Source: Ramazzottius varieornatus (lineage: Eukaryota; Animalia; Tardigrada). Taken from it: a DNA stretch of 64,000 nucleotides. The notes under the pieces are model-generated. The model was not told where the DNA came from, ran no database searches, and saw only the letters and a list, made by a program, of their open reading frames with translations. The translations under genes were made by a program, and so were the position numbers. How positions within the stretch are numbered: position 1 is the first letter of the stretch; every line of letters begins with the position of its first letter. The stretch covers positions 2,159,249 through 2,223,248 of the forward strand of contig BDGG01000005.1 in NCBI GenBank assembly GCA_001949185.1, in the 5' to 3' direction. Shown here piece by piece: positions 1 through 13,558 of the stretch.

Positions 1-1789
1 GCTCACCATTTAGACTGTCTGTTTGTTTAGTACTTGTGTCCACCATCGACATTTCATGGCCTGAAGGCCCAACTTCCCCCTCTTAAGGACTCGCTATACG
101 AGCCCCAAACAGTATCAAACTGATGGACTTCAGAGCTCATCCCACATGATATCTTATGTTACAGTACTTTCCGCCGCACTGGTTATTGGGTGCGAAACGA
201 ACCGCTTTAGTCCGGTCTTTGAAGTTCCAAAACTCTTCCAAAATAAACTTTTTAGAGAAGTCTAGATCTAGTATGGTTATCGACAAATGACGCTTGATTT
301 ATACAGCGTTACTTTTTTGAACCAGAAACTGATTTTTGGAATTTAGAAAAGTTATTGGAGTTTCCAGTTGTGTGAGATTGAACGCTGGTTGTGTTCGAGG
401 TCTGAATATTCTCCAGTGACGACGTTGGTAAACTTGACGAAATGTCGTATGTAGTGTGCGAAAGTACATTATCGAGCCTGAGTGGAGATTCGAAGACCTC
501 ATAATGAACAGTACTGTATGTGGAGGAATTCATGCAAGATTAAGTCATGCCATTCAGTTGGGCTAAAAAGCAAATGGGTAAAGTATGTGGTCAAGTAGTG
601 GTCGAAGAGTGAGTCAAGAAGAATTGATTTTGGTGAGATTTAGCTGTTAAGGGTGAAGATGGTTCGGACAGTTGAGAGCAGAGTTGTGAAGAAGAAAGTG
701 ACCGGATAAGAAGAATGGAGAACGGCCGGTGAGAATAATTTGCTGGCATGAATGGCCCAGCGCAGCTTTTGACATGATGCAATGCAGTGTCCTGCGGCGG
801 AATATCACAAGAGGCCAACATTATCATTGCACTGCTCTTGCTCCGCTCAGGCTCAAGCTCCTTCCTTGTCTGACCAGATATAAATTAAATCTCTAATGTA
901 AGCAACGGATTCATCAAATCGTTCAGCGATCACCCAGCTCGCAAAATAATTCACTTGCAAAAAGCTCGCGGCCATGCTCGCAACTGGATTAACGTTACGG
1001 CAAATATCTTCTCCGTAGAGGCTCGATAGGCTCCACTCTTTTTTCTCGTCAACACACCCCAGCATGCGTAGTCTGGCCCTGGTTGAAAACATCGTAGAAA
1101 GGGACCGGAAAAGCATAGCAGCTCTCTGTTTCAACTTACGCGAGGTCCAATTGATGGATAGAAACTACGGGTGTACTCATATGTTGTAAAAACTTTGACG
1201 AAAACAGAAAAAAACAATCTGAAATCGAACTTAAACGCTGAAAAATTCTAATAGTTTCCCGAATACGAGCGACTGTAGTCCTGTATTAGGTTCCCAGTAC
1301 GTGTGAGGACTCGAAATATCTGCTACCGAAGCAATCACAATCAGTTTGCCGGATGAATGACAGAGAGCTGTTTCTTACGAGTGCAGAATTAGGCTCGAGT
1401 TGCTTGTCAAACACGGCGAAAAAGTCATTAGCACGTTGTAATGAAGTGTCGATAGCTATGCCGTACTATTGTCAGAGCAAACAGCTTCCGAAATAGCTCC
1501 GTTAAAGAACGCAAGGACACAAAAGACAAATGACCGGAGAGTAAAGTAACAGGCAAAGTGCGAAGAGGAGTGAGAGGCCGTGTCTGTACAGTAGGTTCTC
1601 CATGGCATATCTGCGCCCACTTCAGGACAAGTTAAGAAACACTTGGGATATCCTTTCCCATGTTTTGAACTCGCCGCTCTTTGGTACTAATTGACACACC
1701 TGAATACTCGCTGTAAGCTAAGCCGCGACTGAAAGAAAGTGAACCATTTACCGGGACCTGGCAGTAGGCCTATAGCTGCGTTTGATTAG

Positions 1790-2035
1790 TGTTGAACGTG
1801 GCTCAGGCTACGTTCGGCGCATAACAGCCAACTCAGAACTGGTACGGACCAGAGAGCTCAAAGCGTCCGGCTCGCGGTCTTGACATGGTACTGTCAGAGG
1901 CTAGAGCTGCGTCTGGTCGAGAATAAACCTGGCTAATACGGAGTCTTCTTTCGGCACGTAACAGCCAACTCAGAATTGGCGCAGACCGGAGAACTCTGAG
2001 CTTCCGGTTCGTGGTCTTTGATAGGGTGTACCCGA
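1790..2035. repeat. Diverged ~137-bp tandem duplication (2 copies)
   Basis: TAACAGCCAACTCAGAA occurs at 1822 and 1959, with similar sequence on both sides (ttcggcgca/ttcggcacg upstream; tccggctcgcggtcttga/tccggttcgtggtctttga downstream). Confidence 0.7.
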
Positions 2036-2754
2036 AGGTCGCGGAATGGAGCAGTTCATTTTGTGGCAGCAATTGCTAGTAATTACAGTGCACAACGGGG
2101 GAATGGGGAAAGTGGTTAGCTTGAAGGTTTCCGGTATCCGGTTGTGCTAGAAAGGCATTTGATGTGTGGTTGGAATGCTTGCCTGGTTAGAGACCAGAGA
2201 CCTGCCTGGCATATTTAATTATGCGTTTGATCGGTCGGGTTTCATGACAAAAAAATTGTCGTGATATCTGTCGAGCATTGATTAATTTTCTGGTGTAGCG
2301 TATTGACAAGGTGCCCAAGTGGTAGATTGGGGTCTGTGTCTGATGGAATGTCGAGAATGTTTTCCGACAGTTTTCGATACCTTAAGTTACGGTCTCTCAG
2401 TGTGCAAATGGCAAGTGCTTGTCTGGCAAATTTCCAGGCTGGCTCTTTTGTCATGGCAGAAATCGATGACATGGCAAAGCTTATAAAAATCCATCCATCG
2501 GGTATTCTCACATATCAGCAAGCTTCTGCCACTTGCTTCAATGCTTTTAGCTGTGGTCGGAAAGCTCTTCAACGCGACGCTTTTCCATGTCGGCTTATGG
2601 CAGTTGCATTTTGATTCAAGAACGCAGCAAATCCAATAATTAAATCACCAGATACCACAGATTTAGACTTGCATGCCGTAATGGCCTGTAAGAAATCCGT
2701 CGAGCTGCGACACATTAAATGGGGCTAAGGCAAATGCACTGAACCAGTCCGTTT

Positions 2755-2812
2755 ATGGCGCGCATTTCCTTGCTTTCGGCTGGTGGTGTGCGCCACTTGG
2801 GGGAAACGATCT
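2755..2812. repeat. Palindromic GTGGCGCAC-N24-GTGCGCCAC element, partial copy
   Basis: atggcgcgc-24 nt-gtgcgccacttgggggaaacgatct. Confidence 0.75.
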
Positions 2813-3008
2813 GGTTCGGTTCATTTGTCTTCGTCCTCGAGACTGTATTAAATTAAAATAATTTCCTTGGCTCTACAAAAGGTGCCAGGAAAATGAAAAA
2901 TGGGTCCATAACCATTTAGTCCTATATAGTTTTGTATTTGCAATTGCAATATAATCATTTACAATATAACTGGCAAGGTCTGCATCTTCATCGATAATGT
3001 TTTTACAG

Positions 3009-3480
3009 GCTTCACGGCGGACACAACTTAGGTCGTGAGCTATCTTCCTCGCCAGAGCCGGACGACGATGATAGCAAAGATGGGGCTGGCTGGTTCTCAG
3101 GTGGCGGTGAAGGATCAAGAAGGTCGATGTCACTGGAGTCACGTAAAAGTGCCACCGGTAACAAAACTTCTCCACCACCGGTCATTACTTTACAGCCACA
3201 AGGCCATTCGGCTTTTCCTTCGATCGAGATGCACTTTCACTCTTCGATCCGTAGTCCAGTCAACACAACCTTTGGAAATGACCCCTCAAAGTTTGAGGTT
3301 GTATCCTCATCTTCCACCGTGTCGAATAACAGAGCACAACATCGATCGGATGATTCGCCACTCGTCTCCAGCAGTCGTCGCAGTCCACCCGATGCAACAA
3401 AGCCATCGGCCAAAGGCAACGCCATGGACCTGAGTATCAATGACAAGCATAAGGTGTCGTCGAGTCGTCGCGTGGTATGA
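3009..3480 (+). CDS. Candidate exon of an unidentified gene (Ser/Asp-rich, low complexity)
   Basis: Acceptor ttttacag at 3001-3008. The frame is open from LHGGHNLGRELSSSPEPDDDDSKDG to the stop at 3480, with a possible donor gtatga at 3475. No domain recognised. Confidence 0.35.
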
Positions 3481-4570
3481 TAAAGGTCGCGCATAACCAG
3501 TGATTTTCCTTGTGTGCTTACCTCTCCCCTGTATTTACGAATCAAAAATGCTGAATACTATTACTCTGGCATATTCTGGTTCAACCTGAGTTTGAAAAAG
3601 AGTTAATCTGATTTTTCTCCAGTACACGTCTATACCCTTTCTTCTTTTAACTTTAGCGTGAATATTTTTCCAAATAATATCTTTTCAATATTATGGTCCA
3701 CCCGCATAGCCGCGTTCCATGCTATCATCAATGCTGATGTATTACTGCGCAATCGAAAACCGCGAAGCTCAAGAGCCAGTTAGATATCACTATGAAGTCT
3801 TTGTTCGGCACCCCGTAATTTTGGTTATGGACTAAGGTCGCAGTGTCGTTGGGTCTTTGACGCTGATCTGTTTTTACAGTTACCAATTCTGTCGAACTAA
3901 TGAGGGTTGAAAGCTCGAATGTTGTTTTGAGAAGCTCGGACGCAAAGTGCTGGTTGAGCGATCGTTGGCCGAAATGACTGAAGGCTGATATGGCTCCGTA
4001 ATTGATTCCCGTAAGAATGTTTTTGTCTGAAGTAATGCCGTCAACATATTTTTAACCACTGAGGAGGCCGTTGTCGCTGTCACTTATGCTCGGCTCTTTT
4101 ATAATGGCACAGACAGATATCTCGAGTGTGGTACAATCACCGGTTCAAACCGGGTAGGTGGCTGAGATGTATGTATTCCAATGGCAGATGAAAAGCGGAT
4201 TGATAGACTTATTGGTGACACGTTATAGACAACGCAGACAACAGATTGGATTGTCGGATTTTCTCAGCGTGATTCTTTCTGGATGATTAGCGACTCAAGT
4301 GTACGCACATGCACTTCTCTGTTCCCCCTTTCCGTTCCATTCTACTTCCATTCCCGAGGCTGATCAAAGCGGAAGAGCTCATCCTCGTTTCATGCCGGGC
4401 TCTTTTCAAATCCACGTCTTTAGCTTTCCCAACAAACCACCTCACTCCTTCATAAAGTGGCGTCGAGCTAAGTACTTCTTCCGTACTACTACTTGCTCGA
4501 CTAGAGCCTCCAAAAATCGCAGCGGGAAAGGAGCATAAAAAACAGGGACGTCAGCAAATGAGCTGTATCA

Positions 4571-4644
4571 GATCGTTTCACAGGGTGGCGCAGGTTACTC
4601 GCACGTATCACCGCGAACGTGCGCCACTTGAGAAAACAATCTGG
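4571..4644. repeat. Palindromic element copy (spacer 25)
   Basis: gggtggcgcag-25 nt-gtgcgccacttgagaaaacaatct. Confidence 0.8.
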
Positions 4645-7600
4645 CTCTGTCCATTTTATCTTGACACAAACTTCTAATTGCCGAACAGGTTTTCACCATA
4701 TGGAAAATGCTAGTTCTTTCGGGGACTCAAGGGTAACAAAAAGATAAGAATTGAAAGGTTAATTTCTACGGAAATCAGGGGTACTTGAGCCCATGGTGTA
4801 TTTCTCCGCTTGGCGCGTACCATGTAGCGCAGAGGTATTTCGCAAATGAGCTGGTTTTTCAGGACTTCCTTGTTTGTTTCGGGTGTGAATTGAACCCTTG
4901 TGTGTCCTCTTTGCCCTGATGTTTGATGAGAGCAAGTGTTAAGCACTAATGAGCCTAACCAGAATTGAGCCGCGCAGAGTGCGATGTGACACGTGTGGGA
5001 GAAAGGACTATTGGGTTGTCGATTGCGGTGTGGGCATATGTGTATGTTCTCGTCCCAAGACAAACGGAGTAAAATCAATCGGCTTGCGGTTTATTCACTG
5101 GAAAGCTATAAGCTGGTGATTGAATCTCTTTCGGCTATCCCGATTAGCAGCAAATTTGCTCCGTTCGCGCTGTTGTGCATGCCCATTATCCGGTGAAAGA
5201 TTCCTCAGTCCTCTTTTGCTTCGCCCAAAATCACTTCAGCTGAAACAAGTTACGAAATTAAAGGACTTCTTAATTAAATCTCGCTTTCATTTGACTCGAC
5301 AAACACTCGACGGCAACACACAGCTCGGTTCGTGCCGTACTGGTTCCGTAGAGCCCAGGGAACCCCAAAGGTTGAACCGCCCAGTTTGTGTATTGGCTCT
5401 AGTGAAGATTCTAGAAGAGTTCGGGCGGTGGCTTTGACGAGTAAACTGATGTCTGTGGGATAATCGACGGGTAAGTTTTGCCCATACGGTGGATTTGAAA
5501 AAGAGGGATGTTTTGAGAGCGGCCAGCGCTCACAAGAAAAGCCGTATTACTCTAAAGTAAGGCAAGCAAACAGTGGCAATGTTATCATGTGTCCCGAATT
5601 GAATGTGCGGTATATGGTACTGAATGTCGGCTCGTCAATAGCCGATGATTTTGTTGAGAAGAGACTCTAAAGCATTCTTATTCAAAGCAATCCAGAAGCA
5701 ATACTTGATAAATGGCGCATTAATGGCCGAATACAGTTGATCTGCAAAAGGGGATATTGAGGCACTGCTTTGTACCTCTTCAAAGCGTATCCACTTCATA
5801 GTATAGTGCAGCTTTGCAGGCTTTGCAAACCGGCATCCTTTAAACTGCTTCCTTTTCTATTATGTTGTAGCTACAATTGCGGCTGCAGTTGCTACCGCCA
5901 TTATCACATTTTGCAATGCGAACACTCGGACAATGCAAAACGATAAACCAATAAAGATGCTCTGCATACGTGTAATCTGAACTTCCCATCAGGTTGACTT
6001 TTGGATCGCCTACCGTTGCCCGATGCAACGATCTGACCACGTCGCTTTTTGATCCTTCGATTTCGGTTGTATCTTCGCCTTCCGGCATTGAACTTCTATT
6101 TTACTCAAAGCGAATCGAGCTGTTTCCCGACTTCGTGGAGGCAAGCTAGCTTTTCCCTACTGAAGACTGGCCATGGTTGTTGCAATGCTGATCCTGCTCA
6201 GTGAGCCGCAGCTCATGAATCACTTCGTTGTTCTTATTCCGAGGTGTCTGAATACTGGAATGAGATATCGTTCCGTAGGAAGAAAAGCCAAGAGCCGCAT
6301 ATTCGATCTCGAATATCGAAGCCATCTAGCGCTACAGAGTACTTCATTACAAGAAATATGCAGCTTTTCCCTCTCGTATTACCGAAGTACCTGCTTGCCT
6401 TAATCTCACCTCAAAGCGCTCATTATAGCACCTCTTAAGAGCCCACTATCGACAACTGATATCGGAGATTTGAAAGTGATTTTCACTTAAGCGACCTTCT
6501 TTCGTTATGGCTATATGCCGCCCGGATGAAATTTCACGAAGCAAATAATACAGTACAGTATAGTGTATATTCCAGAGTATATTGTACTGTATACTCAGCA
6601 GTTTCCAGGAGTATAATTCGGCGATCGAAGCGATTACCTCGTAGATGCATAACAGAATAGTTTTGCGAGGATTTAAGTGTTGTGGTGCACTGATGTTATA
6701 ATGGACGACCAATGTTGTGTTTGACAACAGTCCAACGTACCATGGCGGTCGATTGGACTTCCTGGTTGAGATCAGATTTCTCCTGGGCCAGCTTTATTTC
6801 GCGCTTGTGCTAACACATCGTGTAACCACGAAGCTAATCGCCCCCATGGATGAATACTATCTATTCTTAAAGAAACAACCAGCCAATGTTGATAAAGCGC
6901 TCAGATTTCCATTCAATCGCCGCTGTGTTTATTTCTTTTAGTTTTCTAACCGTAAGTTCAAAACAGACGTTTCTCTGCGCCATTGACTAAACTGGATTTC
7001 GTTTGAGTTTTCTAAGGTTCGCGTAGAGTCTCCAGCCGGACTTGAAAGTCTCCGAAGGAAAAAGGTGCACAATGGGAAGAGCTGGTTTGATGTTAGACTC
7101 AGCAAGTATACATTCCACTGACACTGTATATTTTTGATGTATCGAAGCACAATGAGGCAGTTTGCCTATGAGAAGGCGTTCAAGCTTGCGAAATATGAGG
7201 AGTGAAAGCGCACGTATCCCGTTGTGCAATGTGGGAAGCCTCCGGGCCGTTGAATTGTTAATCTGGTAATTGATGTCATGCCATCCGATTCAGACGGTAA
7301 ATTGCTTGTCCGTTCATTGTTATCGTGTACTTCGCGCCGTTGTCGGCCATGCAGTTCGTGCACTTCATCCATCTCACTCGTCTTCATTCCTGACAGATTA
7401 CTCCTCCGACTGGCCGTCGCGCGAGTACATAAAGTAAACTTCGCGCCAGGGCCAATCCCTTCTCGTTTGCTGGAGGTGTCTAGCTGTTAAGCTCTGGCTG
7501 GTCATTGCCAATCTTGTTGTCAAAGCTCAAGGTGTGCTTGTGCGCCACCCAAGCCGAGAAGGATGGGATGGGATAGGACAAGCACAGCAGGGACAGAAAC

Positions 7601-9182
7601 GTATATTATCGTCTTTCTGAAATATTGTACTACCTGGCCTGAATAGCTGCTCCCCTATCAATTGATTAGTTGGGCGTGTCCAAAGACATGGTTACTCTCA
7701 CGACTGATCCGCCCACCTAATTTGACTGCCCATCTGTACAGAGCATTGAAATTTTAGCAATGGTACCTGCGAGTAGAAATCGAGTGGTCACCCAGATTAC
7801 GCGTATCTGAAGCAACCTTGTTTTCTATTTCAGTATCTCATTTGTTGATACACTCGCTGAATTCCGTAAACTAGTCTTTTGTACACCTTCGGAAACCTGA
7901 TCGCTGCTGTTTTGTTCTTTGGGCTAAAAAGAATGTTCGGCATTATGTGTAAATATACAGTGTCGTTTTCCGCATTGAACTACAGCTTAAGTCATACATG
8001 CATGCGCATGATTAAGCTGATCTCACGGTCGTTCAGATTGTTCAAGCGTAAATGAATTCTTATTGACAATAATGTGTCAGATGGCAATCGTCCCATTCAG
8101 CAGCTAACGAGAATTAAATCAAGTCAGTCAAAAGAGAAAATCACTATTACTGACAGCGATTACATCCGCAGCATACGCCCAGCTTTCAACAAGCGTGACT
8201 GCCCCTTTCTTCGATCAAATAAAACTTGACTATGTAACCTAACCTAACACCGATGTTTACCGCATCTGGCAGTCTGCCTCGAATTTCCTTCTTGTGTTAA
8301 AGGTCAAGACATCCGAGCTTAAGATTCTGGCTTATTCTTCGAAAGTGCAACTTCACCCGAGAAAGACAGATGATCGGAAAGGGAGTGAAATTTGTCGTGC
8401 CGCCACCACGGAAGCTAGCGTGCTTTTAGGGTCAATTAGGCTTTCCTGTTTCTTATCTGTCTGGCATTTGAAGAGATGATTTGACACGTTAATGTATGTG
8501 TCAGACGCTTTCACCACGGCTCCTCCTCTGCAATTAACGCCAAAGGCACTCAGAGCGTGATGCAGCTTTGATCCATCCCTGGCGCAAATCACCTGCTGTA
8601 TTGTGAACTGTTACTATATGCTACCTTCCTTCCCTTCATCCCGTGCCCGCTTATTGCTCGTCAAGATCAGATAAATAGCCGCTGTGACAACCTGTCATTA
8701 TTAAAATAAGCGGAAAATATTGAAAGCATACCACGCTCCATCTCCGGCGACGCATATCGTTAGGTCGTGAGGTATTCTTCACCTGAGATGCATGCTTTAC
8801 TCAGGATTGTCGGGTCCCTCGCCTGTAGTATGAATTCCCCAATCACCGCGCTAATGACTTCGGCAAGCGTCACGACGCTAATGACGGTCCATTAAACTCC
8901 TTGCAATTTTGTCAGTCTGGCATGAATATCATTTGTTATGCAGATCGCAGCCAAACAGTCGTGAGAAAGTCCATCAATTTACTAACACGCCGTATTTGAC
9001 GCCACTATACAAAGAAATCACATAATTTAATTTAGTGGACACCTCTGCTCGTTATACGGGGTCCTCCAGCCACTTCATACCTCGTCCCAACTCAGCTCGG
9101 CCCGCTCATGATTTTTTTCTTATACGTTTTAGACAGCGTTTCCGAAAAAATACGTGCGGAATGGGCCTGTGCATGTCCCCTT

Positions 9183-9380
9183 GGAAGCTCGGCGAACGAA
9201 CTCGACCAGATGGTTTCCGTTAAGTGGCGCGCACAACTAGTCGCCAACACGGAGAACGTGCGCCATTTCGGAACTCGGTAAGATCGTCTTTCAAAGTAGC
9301 GCACGCTTTCGCTGTTGCTGGCTACAAGCGTACGCCACTTGGAGATGCGATCTTGTCGAGTTTGTTTGGCTAGCTCTCCC
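9183..9380. mobile_element. Full-length dimeric palindromic MITE-like element (two core units)
   Basis: Outer inverted repeats gaagctcggcgaacgaactcgaccagat...gatcttgtcgagtttgtttggctagctc enclose two GGCGCAC-N25-GTGCGCC-type units starting at 9222 and 9294. Confidence 0.85.
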
Positions 9381-10127
9381 TTCATACGCGTTTTCACATG
9401 CGTTTGAGAGACCGTTGAAATTTGAAACTTTCGAACTCGTTTTGGTTTCTTCAACTGTGCAGGCTGAGTGCAGCCACTGCAGCGGAATTTTTACCTATCA
9501 AGAGTTCTATACTTCTATGTATTTTGGCGAGATAAACCAGATGGGAAAGGTGACCTCTGGTGTTGCGCCAACGGTCAATGAAGGACAGTCCCAGTCATCG
9601 TAAGCAATTAGACATCGATTTGGCGCATGTCTGGCATGCTACCATGAATTGCGGATACCAGTAACACGTCTCAGTTCATATTTCGTCATCGGCACCCCCA
9701 CAATTTAGCGGATAAACAAGGGATATGGCTCTGCGCCAAACTCCACGGGCCGTTGACTGGTGTCAGATCCTATCTGTCTCGTCTCCGCTCCATCCACTCT
9801 CCTCAAATCCTTCCTATGGAACAGATAATTAGCATCCAGACTACACCACCAAATTAAAGGATCATCCCAGCTACAGCTCAATTTCGCGCAGCCACGACAT
9901 TGTCCTCTCGCTCAAAACATGGGCGCTTTGTCCCGTCAAATATCACGAGAATTGTCTCAGCAAACTAGCCTTTCGATCTTTAAGATCTTTAAGAAATGAC
10001 TCTTAAAAATATCCGAAGAATGCTCTCGATGCTGCGCAGTCCCTTGCTACTGCTTAAGGTAAACGGAGCATTAGCACGTCTGCGACCGTTGGGTATACTA
10101 AAATTCCAGGGAGGAACCCATGAAACC

Positions 10128-10172
10128 ATATCGCTACAGCTATGGCTACAGCTATCGCTACAGCATTCGGCT
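10128..10172. repeat. 12-bp minisatellite (tatcgctacagc) x~3.5
   Basis: tatcgctacagc tatggctacagc tatcgctacagc attcggcta. Confidence 0.7.
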
Positions 10173-10890
10173 AACGTATACGAATCTCTACGGAAAGTTT
10201 GACAAAGGAAACGCAAGAATGAAAATTGGAAAAGAGATAAGAGTTTGCCTAATTGATCGTTTCCAGGCCGGAAAAAGGAAATTCAGAACCAGGTGGTGTT
10301 TCGCGGGATGTACGGTCGGTGCTACCGTTACCACTGCTTCCTCGTTAAACGAAGTTTCAAGCTGTAGAGTTTGGTGGGGGAGGTTGGACACAATGGGACG
10401 TATACAAATCGGCAGGTTTAGTATCAAAGAGGAAATTCACTCCATATTTGGCTATTAAGCTATTGACAGTGCGTCATTGGAGTAGGTGAAGGTGTTTGCA
10501 AATTGTCCACTTGCTCCATCTATTGCCTTCTGTGTATATTGGTTCCCGTTGCAGGCGACATATGTATGTATCCGTGAACCATATGCTGTGTATACAGAAC
10601 TGCTGATCTACTGGCCACTACCGGTAGAAAGGGAATAACCATTGTCAGACCATGGCAAAGCGAAACTAAAAACCGACCGTTGTCCCTTTCACTTCTCAAT
10701 GCCAATAACCACTTAAGTGCTCCAACAACTTTTCGAGTGTGTTGATATGATTGCAGGTGCAGCCTGCAGCAATGCATGCCGCCACGTTTGTGTTCGCCGT
10801 TGAAAAAACATCCTTTTCGAACCGAAGTTCACACAAGCTTCTGGAGTTCTTCAGTCCGTGTATCAGCAAACGAAGATGCCATCCATATGT

Positions 10891-11079
10891 GGGAGATCGG
10901 CAAACACTCGAAAAAATCGTATAAGTAGCGTACATTTGTACGTTTTTAGCTGGAAACGTGCGCCACCTGGGACAACGATTTTATCGAGTTTCCCAGTGGC
11001 GCACTTTTTCCCAGTTACTGGCCAAATGAGTGCGCCAGTTGGTCAAACGATCTTGTCGAGTTTGTTTACCGAGCTTCCG
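10891..11079. mobile_element. Full-length dimeric palindromic MITE-like element
   Basis: gggagatcggcaaacactcga...cgatcttgtcgagtttgtttaccgagcttcc, with units at 10923 (spacer 24) and 10994 (spacer 25). Confidence 0.85.
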
Positions 11080-12069
11080 TGTTGTTACAATTTACCAACA
11101 CTTTACAGTAAACGATCTAAATAGTATCACAGACGTAGTGGATTATCCTATGGACGATCCGGGGTTGAACCGGAAACTTGAATAGACCATACAGACACAT
11201 CCAACGGTCTGTCGAGTGTGAGCAGTGAAAACCTCGAACGCACCTTAATTGCTTCCATTCAGAGTATTTGAGTATCGGATTTCGCTCATATTAATGGAGT
11301 GCATCGTTGAAAAAGCGGTATATGTTTTGGCATATGGTTAAATGGAGCTGTTGGGAAGGCGAATCATTAGTAGGAGAAGTACAATGTACAAAGAAACTTA
11401 ATTACGAGAAGGATTAGCTAGCATGGTGGTTCGACAATGAGCCGATAGAGGGAATTGTTTATTTAGGCAAACGATGCTCTCACCTTCGTGATTGATTTCT
11501 CTCGAGATGCTTGAGAGCGCAACAATCTGCTGATCACACCATTCTTCCCGGCAGAAAGACAAATGATAAAGCTATTAGCCACACCAGTTATCATCACAAA
11601 AGCTCCCCATCTCTCTAGAATGAAATTCCATGATCGCCCGATCATCCACAGATCTTTTGAGGGCACTGCTTGCTGTGTACTTCCAGGGAACAGAAATTTA
11701 GGCTTCTACGCAATGTACCTGAGACTTCCGTTGGGTATAAATTTCTCGCGTGGAGCTGAGGAGCCGGTCTGGGTCGCGACATATTTCATGTTCGTGCACC
11801 ATATAAAACTCAAGAGGGAGGCAATGAGTGATTCATTTCTGCCGCCCATGCTGTTGATGATTGCTCTAACATGCTTTTTTCCAGCGTCTATTGGCTCCGC
11901 GAAACCGATGACGTTTAGCCAGAACGAAGTCCAGAAAATTTCTGTAATTAATTGTAATTTAATAACAGCTTGCAGTGGGCTGTTTCAGGGCAATCAGGAA
12001 ATCTTTTCCCACGCGCGCCACCTGTCGGTACGCTCATACACGCTCACATACAGAACGTTTGCACGCAGG

Positions 12070-12647
12070 TAGGGTTGTTAATATCCAATCCGATATTGGA
12101 TGGATCCGGATGAATCCGGATAGAAGTTGGATTGGATAGGCATTCTATCCATCCAGCTGTTAACCGGATGGCGGTCCTATCAATCCGGCTTTCTATCCGG
12201 ATAGAACCAAAACTACTAACGCGCAATCAAACAGCCCAATACGGTACACCAGTGGGTATTCCGACGGAAATTCGCAATCTCCCTACAAGCTTATCTTTTG
12301 AACGTAGTTTTATTTACGCAATCTCTGTCTTGTCATTTAAGGTCTTGAGATTCAATTTTTGAGTATATGCAGAATACCGGTGTGTTGACGGAGGATTATT
12401 AAATTGTATCTTCTATGCTGTCCGGCAACACAGCATGTCAAAACCTACGAGTCATAATTCGTCGTGTCGTCTGTAAGTCTCTAAGCCAAGCTTCGAGTTT
12501 TTATCCGGATAAGATCCGGACAGAAGACCCATCCATCGGCAACCGATTCAGATGGGGGTTCTATCCATCCGAATGCTTTCCGGATCCATCCGGATCGGCG
12601 TCTGATCCCATCCGGATGACTGTCTGATCCATCCGTTAACAACCCTA
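12070..12647. mobile_element. Non-autonomous hAT-type DNA transposon (MITE), 578 bp
   Basis: TIRs TAGGGTTGTTAA...TTAACAACCCTA; perfect 8-bp target-site duplication CACGCAGG at 12062-12069 and 12648-12655; many subterminal ATCCGGAT/GGAT motifs at both ends; no transposase ORF. Confidence 0.92.
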
Positions 12648-13558
12648 CACGCAGGACAGCCATCACGGGCTTCACGGACCAAATCCGAGTCTTTTCCTTC
12701 CCGAGCTTCATCTCCACTGAGCAGCCACAGCCACGCCGAAATGCACTGTCGCTTCATCCTGAATCAGGTTCTTCATTCAGAACAATTCGCTTTTTACCAG
12801 CGATAGCAGACAAATCATGTACTAAGCGATCGCACCATTAAGGCATTCATACCTGGTGGAGCTGCATGCGGAAAGACTTGGTTCGGCGCTTCTGAAGCAG
12901 CACAAACGTATCGGACGAACCTACAGTATTGCTCGATTCCGTGGACGAAAGGTACTGTCGTTGCGAAAGTATTTTTCGCATCCAGAGAGAAGGAGAAGAG
13001 CTTCTTCGGAATGTGGATCGAGCATTTTGCCTCGGTAGACGAAGATGATTACGTGACTTAAGCTAGGAAGCCGCGCCTCCCTCCGTGCGGAGTTATCTCT
13101 TGTCTAAAGATAAGATAAGACATGCAACTTATCGATGAAATCAATCCGTTTTTGTTGGCGATAAGTTTATACATGGAAAACTCTGGAAATAATCCACAAA
13201 GCTATCTCGAAGTTTGCACTACGAATGCTCTCACAGCAAAAGCTTAACAAAACTAAAATTTGTGCAAAAATACTGCAAAAGCTTACTCACATATCACTCC
13301 ATTTTACCAAAAGCTACAATTACTTACAGTACCAACACCAACAAAATAATGGCTTCGCAAGCCGAAAATTCAACGACCATCTCGTAAAAATGCTGGCGAA
13401 GTGATGGAAGTCCTTACTAAAAGCCCAATTTGAAAGAGCTTGCTCGATGCGAATCACTGCAACGAAACCCACACTAGTTACTTATAAACCCAGAACAGCG
13501 AAACTCGAACAGGATCTTACCATGGCGAAGAAAGGCTGCCTGAAAGATTTCTTTCGAC

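Noticed and set aside
9183-9380. Repeat-spacer-repeat units as a CRISPR array, or as bacterial REP/attC sites
   Set aside because: The arms are inverted, occur at most as dimers and are dispersed in spliceosomal introns of an animal genome; there is no cas, integrase or tyrosine transposase gene.
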